Origin: an uncultured delta proteobacterium
GTDB lineage: Bacteria; Desulfobacterota; BSN033; UBA1163
Length of the DNA stretch: 64,000 bases
Reading direction: 5' to 3'
NCBI GenBank assembly: GCA_963827685.1
Contig: CAWHBU010000003.1
Location: 928,001-992,000 of the forward strand
This document shows positions 1 through 9,906 of this stretch, piece by piece (position 1 is the stretch's first letter; each line of letters begins with the position of its first letter). A model generated the notes under the pieces. It was not told the DNA's origin, made no database searches, and worked only from the letters and a program-made list of their open reading frames with translations. Made by a program: the position numbers and the translations under genes.

Positions 1-847
1 CCATAATGATAAAAGTTAAGCATATGACCGCTATCGGGCCAAGTGCCGGCTTAATTTTACTTATATATTTCTGAAAAATAGAGCCTAAAATACTACCCAC
101 GACTACAGGCACAAGCACTATCCATAAGAGATCTCGAAAAATCGCACCCGCATTCAGATTGGCCATGCTTCCGGCCAGCCACAAAATTAAGAGTGGCTGT
201 ATAAAAGGCGCAATGATCGTATTGATCGACGTAACCGAAACTGACAGCACCAAATCGCCCCCGCTAACCATGGTCAGTGCGTTTGATCCTCCTCCCGTCG
301 GTGTTGTACCTAAGATGATCAAACCAATAGCTAAGGCCTTCCCAGTAGCCCCAGGAAATAACTGAATTAATACTAAAGAAAGAAGAAAGGCAACTAAAGG
401 CATGCATAACCATCTCAGCAAAACACCAATTCCAACCACTTTAGGGTGTTTCAGCATGCCTTTCCAATCCTTGAAACTAATAGCCAGACCCATGGAAAAC
501 ATGATAACCATTAGAAGATAGGGGCCAAAAGTTGGTACTAAGCTTTTCTCAACGGAAGGATAGAATAAATAACCGAACATGACGCCAAGCATAAGATAAC
601 GTGACGGGTCTGACGCTATATAATTACTTATCTTTACCCACCAAGGAAGTGATGGGGAAGGTTTTTTTATGTCAATATAGGCGAAATAACCCAATAGTAT
701 CCCGACGATCCATAATATGATGTTGGCTGCACTCACTATTGGCATCGCTCCGAGTGGGATACCAACGAATTTTGAGGCTACAAAAGGAATGAGAAAACCT
801 AAAGTAATGCAGATACTGGAAAGATATTTTAGTCTTTTTGCTCCCAT
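1..847 (-). CDS. Bile acid:sodium symporter (BASS/SBF) family transporter, truncated by window edge
   Basis: Hand translation from ATG 847 (GGAGG RBS) gives MVIMFSMGL...MPLVAF...GLIILGTTPTGGGSNALTMVSGGDLVLSVSVTSINTIIAPF, the BASS signature; absent from the ORF track because it is open at the edge. Confidence 0.85.
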   Translation of the reverse strand, partial: MGAKRLKYLSSICITLGFLIPFVASKFVGIPLGAMPIVSAANIILWIVGILLGYFAYIDIKKPSPSLPWWVKISNYIASDPSRYLMLGVMFGYLFYPSVEKSLVPTFGPYLLMVIMFSMGLAISFKDWKGMLKHPKVVGIGVLLRWLCMPLVAFLLSLVLIQLFPGATGKALAIGLIILGTTPTGGGSNALTMVSGGDLVLSVSVTSINTIIAPFIQPLLILWLAGSMANLNAGAIFRDLLWIVLVPVVVGSILGSIFQKYISKIKPALGPIAVICLTFIIM

Positions 848-978
848 GGCAATCCCTCCCCTAAATTAGTTTAGAACGCACAATCTCGCAGTTTGTCCAC
901 TTTTTGCTCAAGATCAAGACACTGTTTCTTCAAATGACATACATCATTGGATGAAAATTTGGCCCGATATATCTAAAC

Positions 979-1248
979 TCAAATAAATGGATTGATTTTG
1001 GAATCAGGTAGGGAAAAAGGAAGTGTATCAAAAGAACCATTAAGATCCTCATTCACCCAGCCGTCGAGGAAGCTCACCGCCATCTTCACGGCAACCATAG
1101 GAGAAATTTCCTTTCTCCCTGCCAGCCTCAATATGACCTCGTGCCTGGTATGGTCAGGATATTTGTTGTGCTCGAAAACTTCTAAGGATCCTCCAGAAAT
1201 GAGGTCTGTAAAGAAGAAATCATCAGTATCCCCGTCCCGTATCTCCAT
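979..1248 (-). CDS. Short hypothetical protein or gene fragment
   Basis: 89-aa ORF co-oriented with neighbours, protein-like composition, no clear RBS. Confidence 0.35.
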   Translation of the reverse strand: MEIRDGDTDDFFFTDLISGGSLEVFEHNKYPDHTRHEVILRLAGRKEISPMVAVKMAVSFLDGWVNEDLNGSFDTLPFSLPDSKINPFI

Positions 1249-1357
1249 GAAGAGTTACGAGTGAGGGATATTTTTGTGTAAACATCCCCGTTGACTTAAC
1301 CCTATCCAATTGGGCAAGCCCGTAGAACTTTTCCCTTCGGGTCGATTAGAGATCTAC

Positions 1358-2257
1358 TCACTTTAAATCTACAAATACCCTATCGCTACCGCCCGCTTGT
1401 GGCGGAGTGAAGACAGCAAAAATCTTGAACTCGCCATCACCCGCCGGATGAATGCCGTGGATGTATCCTCGCGAACAGAAATGAATCTCGCCAGGATGTA
1501 CTTTTACCCATTCTCCATTGATATACAGTTCGCCTACACCTTTATAGATGTAAATAGTTTCATCTGCCGAGCCATGATAGTGAACTGCGAGGCTGGGTCT
1601 CTGCGCGATCATTAGTTGGTTGCGCAGCGTCCCCATAGCCGCGTCGATCCGCATGGTTTTGCCGGGCTCGAATGGATGAGCGGCGTACCATTCGTCTAAG
1701 TTGATGTTATAGCCTTTCTTATACTGAGTATCCAGTAATGACCAGTCGCCCACAACAGCACCCACCTTGGCGGTGGTTATTTCGCTGTTTAGGAACACCC
1801 GGTCATTGGGAGGTGGAGATGGAGTGAAGATAGTAAGTTCCAGTAATGGCTCGTTGCCCACAACACGGGTAGCGTGGATGACTCCCCGGGGATTGTAGTG
1901 CAGGGTGCCCGGCTTCACCAAAACCCATTTGCCGTCAACATACTTTTCGCACTGGCCTTTAATCACAAACCCAATTTCATCGGCAAACCTATGGTAATGC
2001 AGATCGACAGTCTGACCCTTGTTGGCCGTCGCCATTACCGTGACCCGGGGTGTCTGAAATATCGGTTCCATCCTCATCATTTTCCCCGGTTCCACGGGAT
2101 GAGCCGCAAACCACTTCTCAAGATTCACGTTAAAAGGGCCTGCGTAGTTGGTATCGATCGAGCGGGCATCGCCGATCAGTTTGCTGTCGGGAGCGGCCAG
2201 TGCCCCCGTGCTCAGCAAGAACAAACCTGCAAGAACTACGATTAAAATGCGTTTCAT
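1358..2257 (-). CDS. Exported tandem (bi)cupin protein
   Basis: Signal peptide MKRILIVVLAGLFLLSTGALA after GAGGAGG RBS; two cupin metal motifs (LHYHRFADE...GVIH and VHYHGSADE...GYIH). Confidence 0.85.
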   Translation of the reverse strand: MKRILIVVLAGLFLLSTGALAAPDSKLIGDARSIDTNYAGPFNVNLEKWFAAHPVEPGKMMRMEPIFQTPRVTVMATANKGQTVDLHYHRFADEIGFVIKGQCEKYVDGKWVLVKPGTLHYNPRGVIHATRVVGNEPLLELTIFTPSPPPNDRVFLNSEITTAKVGAVVGDWSLLDTQYKKGYNINLDEWYAAHPFEPGKTMRIDAAMGTLRNQLMIAQRPSLAVHYHGSADETIYIYKGVGELYINGEWVKVHPGEIHFCSRGYIHGIHPAGDGEFKIFAVFTPPQAGGSDRVFVDLK

Positions 2258-2294
2258 GTTTGTCCTCCTCTCATTTTGATTTGGTATATTATTT

Positions 2295-2322
2295 CGTATA
2301 CCACTATGGAAAATTTTGTCAA
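2295..2322 (-). promoter_or_regulatory. Putative sigma70 promoter of the bicupin gene
   Basis: TTGACA-N16-TATACG with TG extension, ~40 nt upstream of the start. Confidence 0.45.
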
Positions 2323-2751
2323 GCATTTTTTGCACCATTTCTTGCTCCAGCGGTAGGCGAAGAGAAAAGAACACCGATGATTATCAACGAATCCTCATTT
2401 TCCCAAGATCGTGCCGGTCAAGAGGTCGATTTGAAACTTTCGCCTACTAATCCTCAGTAGTAATAAAGACACATATTTGAAGATTACGAAATAAAAGTTG
2501 GGTAAAGATAAAATTTATGTCCCTTTCTATGCAACAAGGTGGAACTAATCTGTCCGTAGGCTGCGGGATGCCCGTAGCCTATGCTGGCACCAATTCGATG
2601 CCGAGAAGAAGCCTCGAAGGCTTACCGACCCAGTGGCTTAGGAGGTTCTTTCCCTTCTTATTGATTTTTGATCCAAATTTGGTAAACTCATAATGAAGTA
2701 AGGCACTCCAACAAGAGATTCTTATAATCTTTCCTTTTTAAAAAGACAATA

Positions 2752-4137
2752 ATGCCTAAAAGAACCACCATCACGGAAAAAGGGCTTGGAGAATCACTGT
2801 CAAGAGAGAGGGCAAACTTTATTATCGAGCAAAGCAAGATAAAACAGGTAACACCCTATGTTCTGGAAATAATCTTCTATGTTTTTGTGCTCATTCTTTT
2901 AATCACTGGGACTTATTCGAGGAATAGAATTTGGAATAGCGATATTGAACTCTGGACCGATTGTGTAAAGAAATCTCCCGACAAAGACCGACCGCATAAC
3001 AACCTTGGAAATGCTTATACCCATCAGGGGAAGTATCAAGAAGCTATTGCTCAATTAACTGAAGCGCTGCGGATTAACCCCCATTACGCTGATGCACATA
3101 ACAACCTTGGAATTGTGTATACCTATCAGGGGAAGTATCAGGAGGCTATTGCTCGATTGACCGAAGCCCTGCGGATCAACTCTAATTTTGCGGAGGCCCA
3201 TAACAACCTTGGAAGTGTCTATACGTATCAGGGGAAATATCAGGAGGCCATTGCTCAATTTACCGAAGCCCTGCGGATTAACCCCCATTACCCGGAGGTA
3301 CATAACAACCTTGGAAGTGTTTATGCGTATCAGAGGAAGTATCAGGAGGCTATTGCTCAATTTACCGAAGCCCTGAAAATCAACCCCAACTACGCTGAGG
3401 CGCATAACAACCTTGGAAGTGCTTTCAGTCATCAGGGAAACTATTCAGAGGCCATTGCTCGATTGACCGAAGCCCTGCGGATTAACCCTAACAATGCGGA
3501 GGCACATTACAATTTTGGAATTGCTTTCAGCCGCGAGGGTAAGTACCAGGAAGCTATTGCTCAATTTAGCGAAGCGCTGCGGATCAGCCCCAATTATGCT
3601 GAGGCCCATAACAACCTTGGAAATGCTTATACCCGTCAGGGGAGGTATCAGGAGGCCATTGCTCAATTTACCGAAGCCCTGCGGATCAGCCCCAATTACG
3701 CTGAGGCCCATAACAACCTTGGAAATGCCTATGCCCATCAGAGGAGGTATCAGGAGGCCATTGCTCAATTTAGCGAAGCCCTACGGATCAACTCTAATTT
3801 TGCGGAGGTGCATAATAACCTTGGAAATGCTTATACTGATCAGGGGAGGTATCAGGAGGCCATTGCTCAATTTAGCGAAGCGCTGCGGATCAACTCTAAT
3901 TTTGCGGAGGTGCATAATAACCTTGGAAATGCTTATACTGATCAGGGGAGGTATCAGGAGGCTATTGCTCAATTTACCGAAGCCCTGCGGATCAACCCCA
4001 ATTACGCTGAGGCCCATTACAATCTTGGAATTACATATCTTACGATGGGCGATAGCAGCTCAGCCTTCAAAGAATATCAAATCCTAAAGAAGATGAATCC
4101 AGGTTTGGCCAACCGTTTCTATGGAAAGACTAAATAG
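2752..4137 (+). CDS. Membrane-anchored TPR protein (C-terminal part of TMTC-like architecture)
   Basis: One TM helix, linker TYSRNRIWNSDIELWTDCVKKSP, then 10 near-identical 34-aa TPRs plus a cap repeat. Confidence 0.9.
   Translation: MPKRTTITEKGLGESLSRERANFIIEQSKIKQVTPYVLEIIFYVFVLILLITGTYSRNRIWNSDIELWTDCVKKSPDKDRPHNNLGNAYTHQGKYQEAIAQLTEALRINPHYADAHNNLGIVYTYQGKYQEAIARLTEALRINSNFAEAHNNLGSVYTYQGKYQEAIAQFTEALRINPHYPEVHNNLGSVYAYQRKYQEAIAQFTEALKINPNYAEAHNNLGSAFSHQGNYSEAIARLTEALRINPNNAEAHYNFGIAFSREGKYQEAIAQFSEALRISPNYAEAHNNLGNAYTRQGRYQEAIAQFTEALRISPNYAEAHNNLGNAYAHQRRYQEAIAQFSEALRINSNFAEVHNNLGNAYTDQGRYQEAIAQFSEALRINSNFAEVHNNLGNAYTDQGRYQEAIAQFTEALRINPNYAEAHYNLGITYLTMGDSSSAFKEYQILKKMNPGLANRFYGKTK
2995..4014 (+). 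repeat. Ten tandem 102-bp repeats encoding TPR units
   Basis: CAT(A/T)A(C/T)AA(C/T)(C/T)TTGGAA recurs every 102 bp from 2995. Confidence 0.95.
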
Positions 4138-4340
4138 ACCCCTGCCCTTCTGGTTTTTATAGGGTGAAAAACGATTAAAGGCAGTGTCCGAAGTGCCCCT
4201 TTCTTTCAGGCCTCGCTTCTCATCTCCGTATCGAGGATTACTAATTGAAACGTTGCACTATTAAATAAAATTGCAAAATAACAGTTTCAGGAAGGAAGCG
4301 TTCAAAAGGGGATTACTTGATACGCCTATTACTCTGCACT

Positions 4341-4661
4341 TTAAGACCAGCGCGTTAGTTGACGATTACCGTTTCTAGGCTGCGGAGTGTTGTCGAGTTG
4401 CCGCTCCTGCAGAAGCAGTCGGCGCAAGGTTCTCAAGTGGTTCAAAATTCGGCGACTGGTGGTCATGGCCTGACTCAGTTTCGCCAGGTTGGCGGAGACA
4501 AGCTGGAGGGCTTTCTTGCTACGTTCCGAGCGATTGCTTTCCGACAGTGCGATGTCCGCATCCACGTCACGCCTGGATTCATTGATCGCTTCGATCAGCA
4601 GTTTCACAAACTGCTCCGCGCTTTCGATGTTGTCAAATGGAGTCTCTGGCCTGTAGCTCAT
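4341..4661 (-). CDS. Hypothetical helical protein
   Basis: 106-aa ORF (ETPFDNIESA...SRRILNHLRTLRRLL), GGAAGG upstream. Confidence 0.65.
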   Translation of the reverse strand: MSYRPETPFDNIESAEQFVKLLIEAINESRRDVDADIALSESNRSERSKKALQLVSANLAKLSQAMTTSRRILNHLRTLRRLLLQERQLDNTPQPRNGNRQLTRWS

Positions 4662-4693
4662 GCCGTTTGTGACCCTTCCACTACTGCCTTCGC

Positions 4694-4936
4694 CTATAAG
4701 ACTGGCCCAAACGCTATATAATTGTTGCTTTCATTGATTTCTGGATTAAAATTTACCCGAATAAAATAGATCTCATTCGACTCTGTATTTGAATGATCAG
4801 ATAAAACCTTCGTTATCCAATTCATGATTGACTGCCGAGTTACTCTTTCTGAATCCCTTCTTCTCTCGGGTAGTATCCCGATTAATTGTTCAGCCCCTGT
4901 TTTGAGACGAAAATAAAATTCGTAGGCCACCATCAC
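4694..4936 (-). CDS. Small hypothetical protein
   Basis: 80-aa ORF MVAYEFY...LIGILPERRRDSERVTRQSIMNW, with purine-rich RBS. Confidence 0.6.
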   Translation of the reverse strand: MMVAYEFYFRLKTGAEQLIGILPERRRDSERVTRQSIMNWITKVLSDHSNTESNEIYFIRVNFNPEINESNNYIAFGPVL

Positions 4937-5232
4937 GAATCCCTTCCTCTGACATTCTACTCCATGATATAATATTCACAATCATCATTAAAACAAGATT
5001 AAAATAGAATTAGAATTTTCTAATTTTTCTTGACCTGCCGAGTGATTAGTGCCAAAGGTCCCAGAGAGAATAGAGTACTCTATTTGCAGTCGAAATGTTG
5101 AATAGATCGGAAATCCGATCCTCCGAGGATCACAGGAAGAAGTTCTCGGTCAGTACTTCTGACAGTGATCGTGCCTTGGGGGGTGGGGTTGCTGAAACTG
5201 CCAGGGATAAATTTAGAGTGAAAAGTAAAGAA

Positions 5233-5744
5233 CCCCGCAGCAGAGCTGCGGGGCATTAAAATTCAAAACTTAATTGCTCCTGTTGCTGATACTTTATATA
5301 GCGACGTATGACTTCAGAGGTAACTTTGTCTCCAACAGACCGAACAAAATACCCATCACTCCAAAACTCTCCACCCCAAAGCTCTTTCTTCACCTCTGGA
5401 AACTGCTTGAACACCATTTTCGCCGAGATACTCTTTATGATCTGCACAATCTCTGCCGGACAATACCGAGGAGGGGCAGACAAAAATAAATGAACATGAT
5501 CATCCTTTACCTCCATCGTATCTATCTCAAACTCGTACCTCTCCGATATTTGCTCAAAACTCATCTTAAGCCTTTTTGCCAACTCACCTCCCAATATCAT
5601 CTTCCGATATTTGGGAACCCATACCATATGATATTTCAAATCGTAGACCGCATGGCTTGTTCTTTTTATCGAGCTCATGCAGTACTTATACCATGTCTTA
5701 TCGCTTCGCGAACCTGTTTTCATCCGCCCAGCAGAGCTGGGCGG
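5233..5744 (-). mobile_element. IS200-type element (IS200/IS605 family, tnpA only)
   Basis: tnpA flanked by related subterminal hairpins CCCCGCAGCAGAGCTGCGGGG (5233-5253) and CCGCCCAGCAGAGCTGGGCGG (5724-5744). Confidence 0.9.
5256..5678 (-). CDS. tnpA: Y1 (HUH) transposase
   Basis: YHMVWVPKYR, DHVHL (HUH), KSISA, FWSDGYF, catalytic YIKYQ. Confidence 0.95.
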   Translation of the reverse strand: MSSIKRTSHAVYDLKYHMVWVPKYRKMILGGELAKRLKMSFEQISERYEFEIDTMEVKDDHVHLFLSAPPRYCPAEIVQIIKSISAKMVFKQFPEVKKELWGGEFWSDGYFVRSVGDKVTSEVIRRYIKYQQQEQLSFEF

Positions 5745-5793
5745 TATTCAACAGGTATTTTTTATAAACATTGAAAAAAACAAACCAAGAAAC

Positions 5794-5921
5794 TCCTCTC
5801 CCCTGGCGGGAGGGGATTAAGGGGAGGGGGACAAAAAAGGTGATAATGCACCCTCACCCCAGCCCTCTCCCCTGCCTTCGCCGAAGCGGCTTCGCGCAGG
5901 CAGGCATCAAGGGAGAGGGGG
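5794..5921. repeat. CCCCTCTCCC-type REP-like palindrome with nested CCTGCC...GGCAGG insert (5871-5904)
   Basis: Relatives at 23941-24237, 34028-34115 and 37673-37732. Confidence 0.75.
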
Positions 5922-6002
5922 AACTAGATCGAGTTAATGTCTATTCTTGGGTTGGAATTATAAGACGGGAATCGGTCGAAAACCGAGGATAGCAAGTTGT
6001 TC

Positions 6003-6890
6003 TTATGCGGCGCAAGGAACCGAGCGTCCGGGCAAAATTTCCATACGGTATTTTCTCACGGGCAGCTTTTCAGACATTAGGAACTCCCTGATTTTCGAGA
6101 GGGGCAGAATCTCCAAATCCATGCCGCGAAGGGTTTCACAGATCTCGACGAAATATCTGCTCCAGACTCCACCTTCCACCTCGGCATGGACAGGGAGGAC
6201 GTGCATTCCCCCGTCCTTCAGAATTTGAAGAATGGTTGAAACACCCTGAGGTACACCGATTTCTTCAAGACAAGGAAGATCCGAAGGAATTTCCATCAGA
6301 CCCGGAATTTGATGAATAAAAGGTTCCTTCGCCCGCGTGCAGCTCAGATATCGAAAGGAGTATCTTTGCACAATCTCCAGCACCCTGTCGTCAATGATCC
6401 AAGAAGGCGCTCCAAAAGAAGAAGGCTCCTGTCGAACCAATTTCCTATAAGCGCTGATGCCCTTCTCAAACCAATCCTCAATCCATTCAGAAGATCGTTT
6501 ATGAAGTTCATCCTGCCATCGCCTGTGATCCCAAGCATGAAACTCCACTTCATGCCCTGCTTCAATAATTTGCTCAACGAGGTCCGGGAAAGAAAGCGCA
6601 ATCATGGGTGAGGGAAGCAGCGTGCCGTACAGGGCGGTCCTCATTCCGTAAAGGCGGCCCGCATTCGTTCTTAACATTTTTCTAAGAAAGCGCGGGTTTT
6701 TTACCAGTTGAAGGATGGCCCTCCCCGAGGCATCCGGCCCCATGCTCAGATAAAACGTCGCTTGAATACCAAAACGGTTTAAAATGGAGAGAAGGCGCGG
6801 GACACCTCGCTTCATACCGATATAAGTGTCGACATCAATCTTAAGGCCCAGAATGTTTTTTCTATTTGTTGCCCCCGACAAGGTCTTCAT
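6003..6890 (-). CDS. arnD: Undecaprenyl-phosphate-L-Ara4FN deformylase (polysaccharide deacetylase fold)
   Basis: [35 protein letters not shown] motifs; arn context. Confidence 0.9.
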   Translation of the reverse strand: MKTLSGATNRKNILGLKIDVDTYIGMKRGVPRLLSILNRFGIQATFYLSMGPDASGRAILQLVKNPRFLRKMLRTNAGRLYGMRTALYGTLLPSPMIALSFPDLVEQIIEAGHEVEFHAWDHRRWQDELHKRSSEWIEDWFEKGISAYRKLVRQEPSSFGAPSWIIDDRVLEIVQRYSFRYLSCTRAKEPFIHQIPGLMEIPSDLPCLEEIGVPQGVSTILQILKDGGMHVLPVHAEVEGGVWSRYFVEICETLRGMDLEILPLSKIREFLMSEKLPVRKYRMEILPGRSVPCAA

Positions 6891-7902
6891 TCTCTTCTAA
6901 GAAAGCATCGAGACTATTTTTGAGGGATTCTTCAAGCCCGATCCTGGGTGTCCATCCAAGAAGCTTTTCGGCTTTTTCGATGCTGGGTTTTCGGGTGTAG
7001 ATGTCCTGGTAGCCTTTCCCATAATACGCGTCTGAAGAGGTTTCAACGATTTCGGAAAAAACCTTGTCGTCTCTATGCTTAGGATGGGCCATAAAAATTC
7101 GTTTCAAGAGATGGGCAAGTTCCCTTATGGAACATTCGTTGTCGGGGTTGCCGATGTTGATGATCTGGTTCTTGCAACAACCGTCTTTGTTTTCCAGAAT
7201 TTTCATCAGGGCGCCGATTCCGTCGTCCACATGCGTAAAACATCGCTTTTGATGGCCGCCGTCCACCAGGGATAGGGGCCTCTTCATCAGCAGCTCCGCG
7301 ATGAACTGTGTCACAACCCTGGAACTTCCCTCCTTGGCGGCATCCAAAGAATCTAATCTTGGGCCGATCCAGTTGAAGGGCCTAAACAACGTAAACTCCA
7401 AGCACCCCCGGGTCCCGTAGGCATAGATCACTCGGTCGAGAAGTTGCTTGCAACATGCATAGATCCACCGTTCTTTATGGATGGGTCCGAGGACGAGAAA
7501 GGTTTCATCTTCTTTGAATTCGGGATCGGGGGAGGTACCATAAACTTCTGAGGTGGAAGGAAAGACAACTCTTTTCTCATACCTCACACACTGTTTTACA
7601 ATATTGAGATTCATTTCGAAATCCAGCTGGAAGACTTCCAGCGGATGGGTCAGATAGAGCTTCGGAGTGGCGATAGCCACCAAAGGGATGATGACGTCAC
7701 ATTTTTTGACGTGATACTCGATCCATTCCCAATTGATCGAGATGTCCCCCTCTATGAAATGGAACCGAGAATTGTTGAGGACTCTGTCCAGCCTGTCGGA
7801 GGCGAGGTCCATACCATAGACACTCCAATCCGTTGTATCAAGTATCCGATGGGTTAAATGATGTCCGATGAAACCATTGACGCCCAGTATTAAGATCTTC
7901 AT
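6862..7902 (-). CDS. arnA: UDP-glucuronate 4-dehydrogenase/decarboxylase (ArnA C-terminal domain)
   Basis: [42 protein letters not shown]. Confidence 0.93.
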   Translation of the reverse strand: MKILILGVNGFIGHHLTHRILDTTDWSVYGMDLASDRLDRVLNNSRFHFIEGDISINWEWIEYHVKKCDVIIPLVAIATPKLYLTHPLEVFQLDFEMNLNIVKQCVRYEKRVVFPSTSEVYGTSPDPEFKEDETFLVLGPIHKERWIYACCKQLLDRVIYAYGTRGCLEFTLFRPFNWIGPRLDSLDAAKEGSSRVVTQFIAELLMKRPLSLVDGGHQKRCFTHVDDGIGALMKILENKDGCCKNQIINIGNPDNECSIRELAHLLKRIFMAHPKHRDDKVFSEIVETSSDAYYGKGYQDIYTRKPSIEKAEKLLGWTPRIGLEESLKNSLDAFLEENEDLVGGNK

Positions 7903-8822
7903 TTTAAGACTGCGCCTTTCTGTTTTTTGAAAAATTCAAGGATCTTGTGGCCATTCATCCTCTGCTTACCCACTTCGATATCCAACAGTCTCAATCTTCC
8001 ATCAGACACCCTGACGTACACATTGTCTTCTTCAAACTCCAAGGTACCCACAGGGCGATTCGAGACGCTGTCCTCTTCAGGCAAGGCCCACCAGATGAAC
8101 AACTTTTCACCTTCGGGAAGATGGGTGAAGGCTCCCGGATAGGGCTCTGTGACAGCCCTCACCAAATTGTAAATTTGCATGACCGGCCAACTCCAGTCTA
8201 TCTTTCCGTCCTCAGGCCTCCGCCCTCCATAATAGCTCCCTTGTCTCAAGTTCTGCGCCACACGGGGGGCACTCCCTTTTTGGATAAGCGGAAGCACCTC
8301 TTCAAGGAGCTCCTTTGCCTTCACACAAAGCTTTTGGTAAAGCGTATAGGCGGTATCTTCAAATTCGATGAGCACTTCTTTCTGCCCAACAATATCCCCA
8401 GCATCAGGCGCTTCGACAATGTGATGTAAGGTGACACCCGTTCGTCGTTCCCCGTTCAGAAGAACCCAATTTACCGGACACCGCCCCCGATAGGCTGGGA
8501 GCATCGATCCGTGGAGATTAAAGGAGCCCGCGGATGGAATCATTAAGATGTCTCTGCCCAAGAGGTTCCGATAATAAAATGAAAAAATAACTTCGGGCGA
8601 GATGTTACGGATCGTCTCGATCCATTCGGGCGTGTTGACATTTTCAGGACAGAATACCGGGATCCGGTTTTTCTTTCCCCATTCGGCAACGGAGCCAAAC
8701 CAGATGTTCTCCTCCGGATCATCAAGATGAGAAAAAATCGCCTGAATATCGAATTCTCCCCGCACTAAGGCCTCAAGGCCAGCCATTCCTATATTATGAT
8801 ACGCGAATACGACGGCCTTCAT
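7899..8822 (-). CDS. arnA: UDP-L-Ara4N formyltransferase (ArnA N-terminal domain, stand-alone)
   Basis: [42 protein letters not shown]. Confidence 0.92.
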   Translation of the reverse strand: MKAVVFAYHNIGMAGLEALVRGEFDIQAIFSHLDDPEENIWFGSVAEWGKKNRIPVFCPENVNTPEWIETIRNISPEVIFSFYYRNLLGRDILMIPSAGSFNLHGSMLPAYRGRCPVNWVLLNGERRTGVTLHHIVEAPDAGDIVGQKEVLIEFEDTAYTLYQKLCVKAKELLEEVLPLIQKGSAPRVAQNLRQGSYYGGRRPEDGKIDWSWPVMQIYNLVRAVTEPYPGAFTHLPEGEKLFIWWALPEEDSVSNRPVGTLEFEEDNVYVRVSDGRLRLLDIEVGKQRMNGHKILEFFKKQKGAVLK

Positions 8823-9759
8823 CCGTGGGATAAATCCTCTCAATCGTGTACTCCGGTCTTCTCCTGACTTCCCTGTATATTCGACCGATATATTCGCCCA
8901 TCACCCCCAGAGCGAAAAACTGGAAACCCACAAAAGCAAAGAGGATGGAGAAGAGCGTAAAAACACCTTCAGCAGCCCAGCGTGCACCGTAGATAATCCG
9001 GGCAATACCCAAAACGACGCCAAGGGAGATCCCCAAGAACGCCATGCCGATACCGGCATACATGATAAACTTCAATGGAAAATCGGAGAATGAGGAGACC
9101 AAGTCAAACTGAAGATTGATGAGCTTTCGCAAGGAGTAATGGGATTCTCCGCCATGCCTCGCTTCATGAACCACCTCAATCTCTGTCACTTTTTTGGCAA
9201 AGTAGGTCGCCAGTGCCGGAATGAAGGTGGAGTGTTCATGACAGGTCACCATCCGCTCCACAATATTTCTCCGGTAGGCCCGCAGCATGCACCCCCAGTC
9301 TGACATATTCACCTTTGTGATCTTCCGTGTGATCACGTTGATAATGCGGGAGGGGAAAGTTCTGAAGAAGGAATCCTTTCGTTCCTTTCTGATCGTGCCC
9401 ACCACATCGTAGTTCCCTTCCTCCATCACCCTTATAAGATTTGGAATTTCCTCGGGGGGATTTTGGAGGTCAGCATCTAAAGTGATCACGATGTCCCCTC
9501 GGACGACAGAAAACCCTGAAAAAATAGCTGCATGCTGCCCATAGTTCCTCGTTAGTTCTACAACCTTTACTTCAGGGTAAATCAAGAAACTTTTCAAGAT
9601 CGAAAGGGTGTTATCCCGACTTCCGTCATCCACGAAAATAATTTCGTAACTCTTTCCCATCTTTTGCATGACAGGCTTGAGTCGTTCAAGCAGGTGGGGC
9701 AGGTTTGCCTCCTCGTTATATACTGGAATGACCAGAGAGATCATCGCTTCGCTATCCAT
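8794..9759 (-). CDS. arnC: Undecaprenyl-phosphate L-Ara4FN transferase (GT2)
   Basis: VIPVYNEE, DDGS, RNYGQHAA, DADLQNPPEEI, GCMLRAYRR, two C-terminal TM helices. Confidence 0.92.
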   Translation of the reverse strand: MDSEAMISLVIPVYNEEANLPHLLERLKPVMQKMGKSYEIIFVDDGSRDNTLSILKSFLIYPEVKVVELTRNYGQHAAIFSGFSVVRGDIVITLDADLQNPPEEIPNLIRVMEEGNYDVVGTIRKERKDSFFRTFPSRIINVITRKITKVNMSDWGCMLRAYRRNIVERMVTCHEHSTFIPALATYFAKKVTEIEVVHEARHGGESHYSLRKLINLQFDLVSSFSDFPLKFIMYAGIGMAFLGISLGVVLGIARIIYGARWAAEGVFTLFSILFAFVGFQFFALGVMGEYIGRIYREVRRRPEYTIERIYPTDEGRRIRVS

Positions 9760-9796
9760 CTTCTAACCTCAAAGTTGCATAGAAAACACTGTCAAA

Positions 9797-9891
9797 GGCA
9801 GGTGGGTGTGCTGGGCCACCTTAGGTAAAATTGCGTGTTCCCCATAAAATATAAACCGCATTATAAAGTTTTGGAAGCACACTCACCTGCC
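9797..9891. repeat. Inverted-repeat-bounded 95-bp element between arnB and arnC
   Basis: GGCAGGTGGGTGTGCT ... AGCACACTCACCTGCC (15/16 match). Confidence 0.6.
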
Positions 9892-9906
9892 GATTTTGTG
9901 CAATGT

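Noticed and set aside
2995-4014. Possible CRISPR array or DGR repeats
   Set aside because: Contiguous 102-bp in-frame coding units with no unique spacers; no cas or reverse transcriptase gene in the window
3055-4087. Repetitive antisense and alternative-frame ORFs
   Set aside because: Shadows of the TPR repeat
5040-5220. Palindromes (AATAGAGTACTCTATT, TCGGAAATCCGA) as a possible ncRNA
   Set aside because: No recognisable RNA motif; too little support
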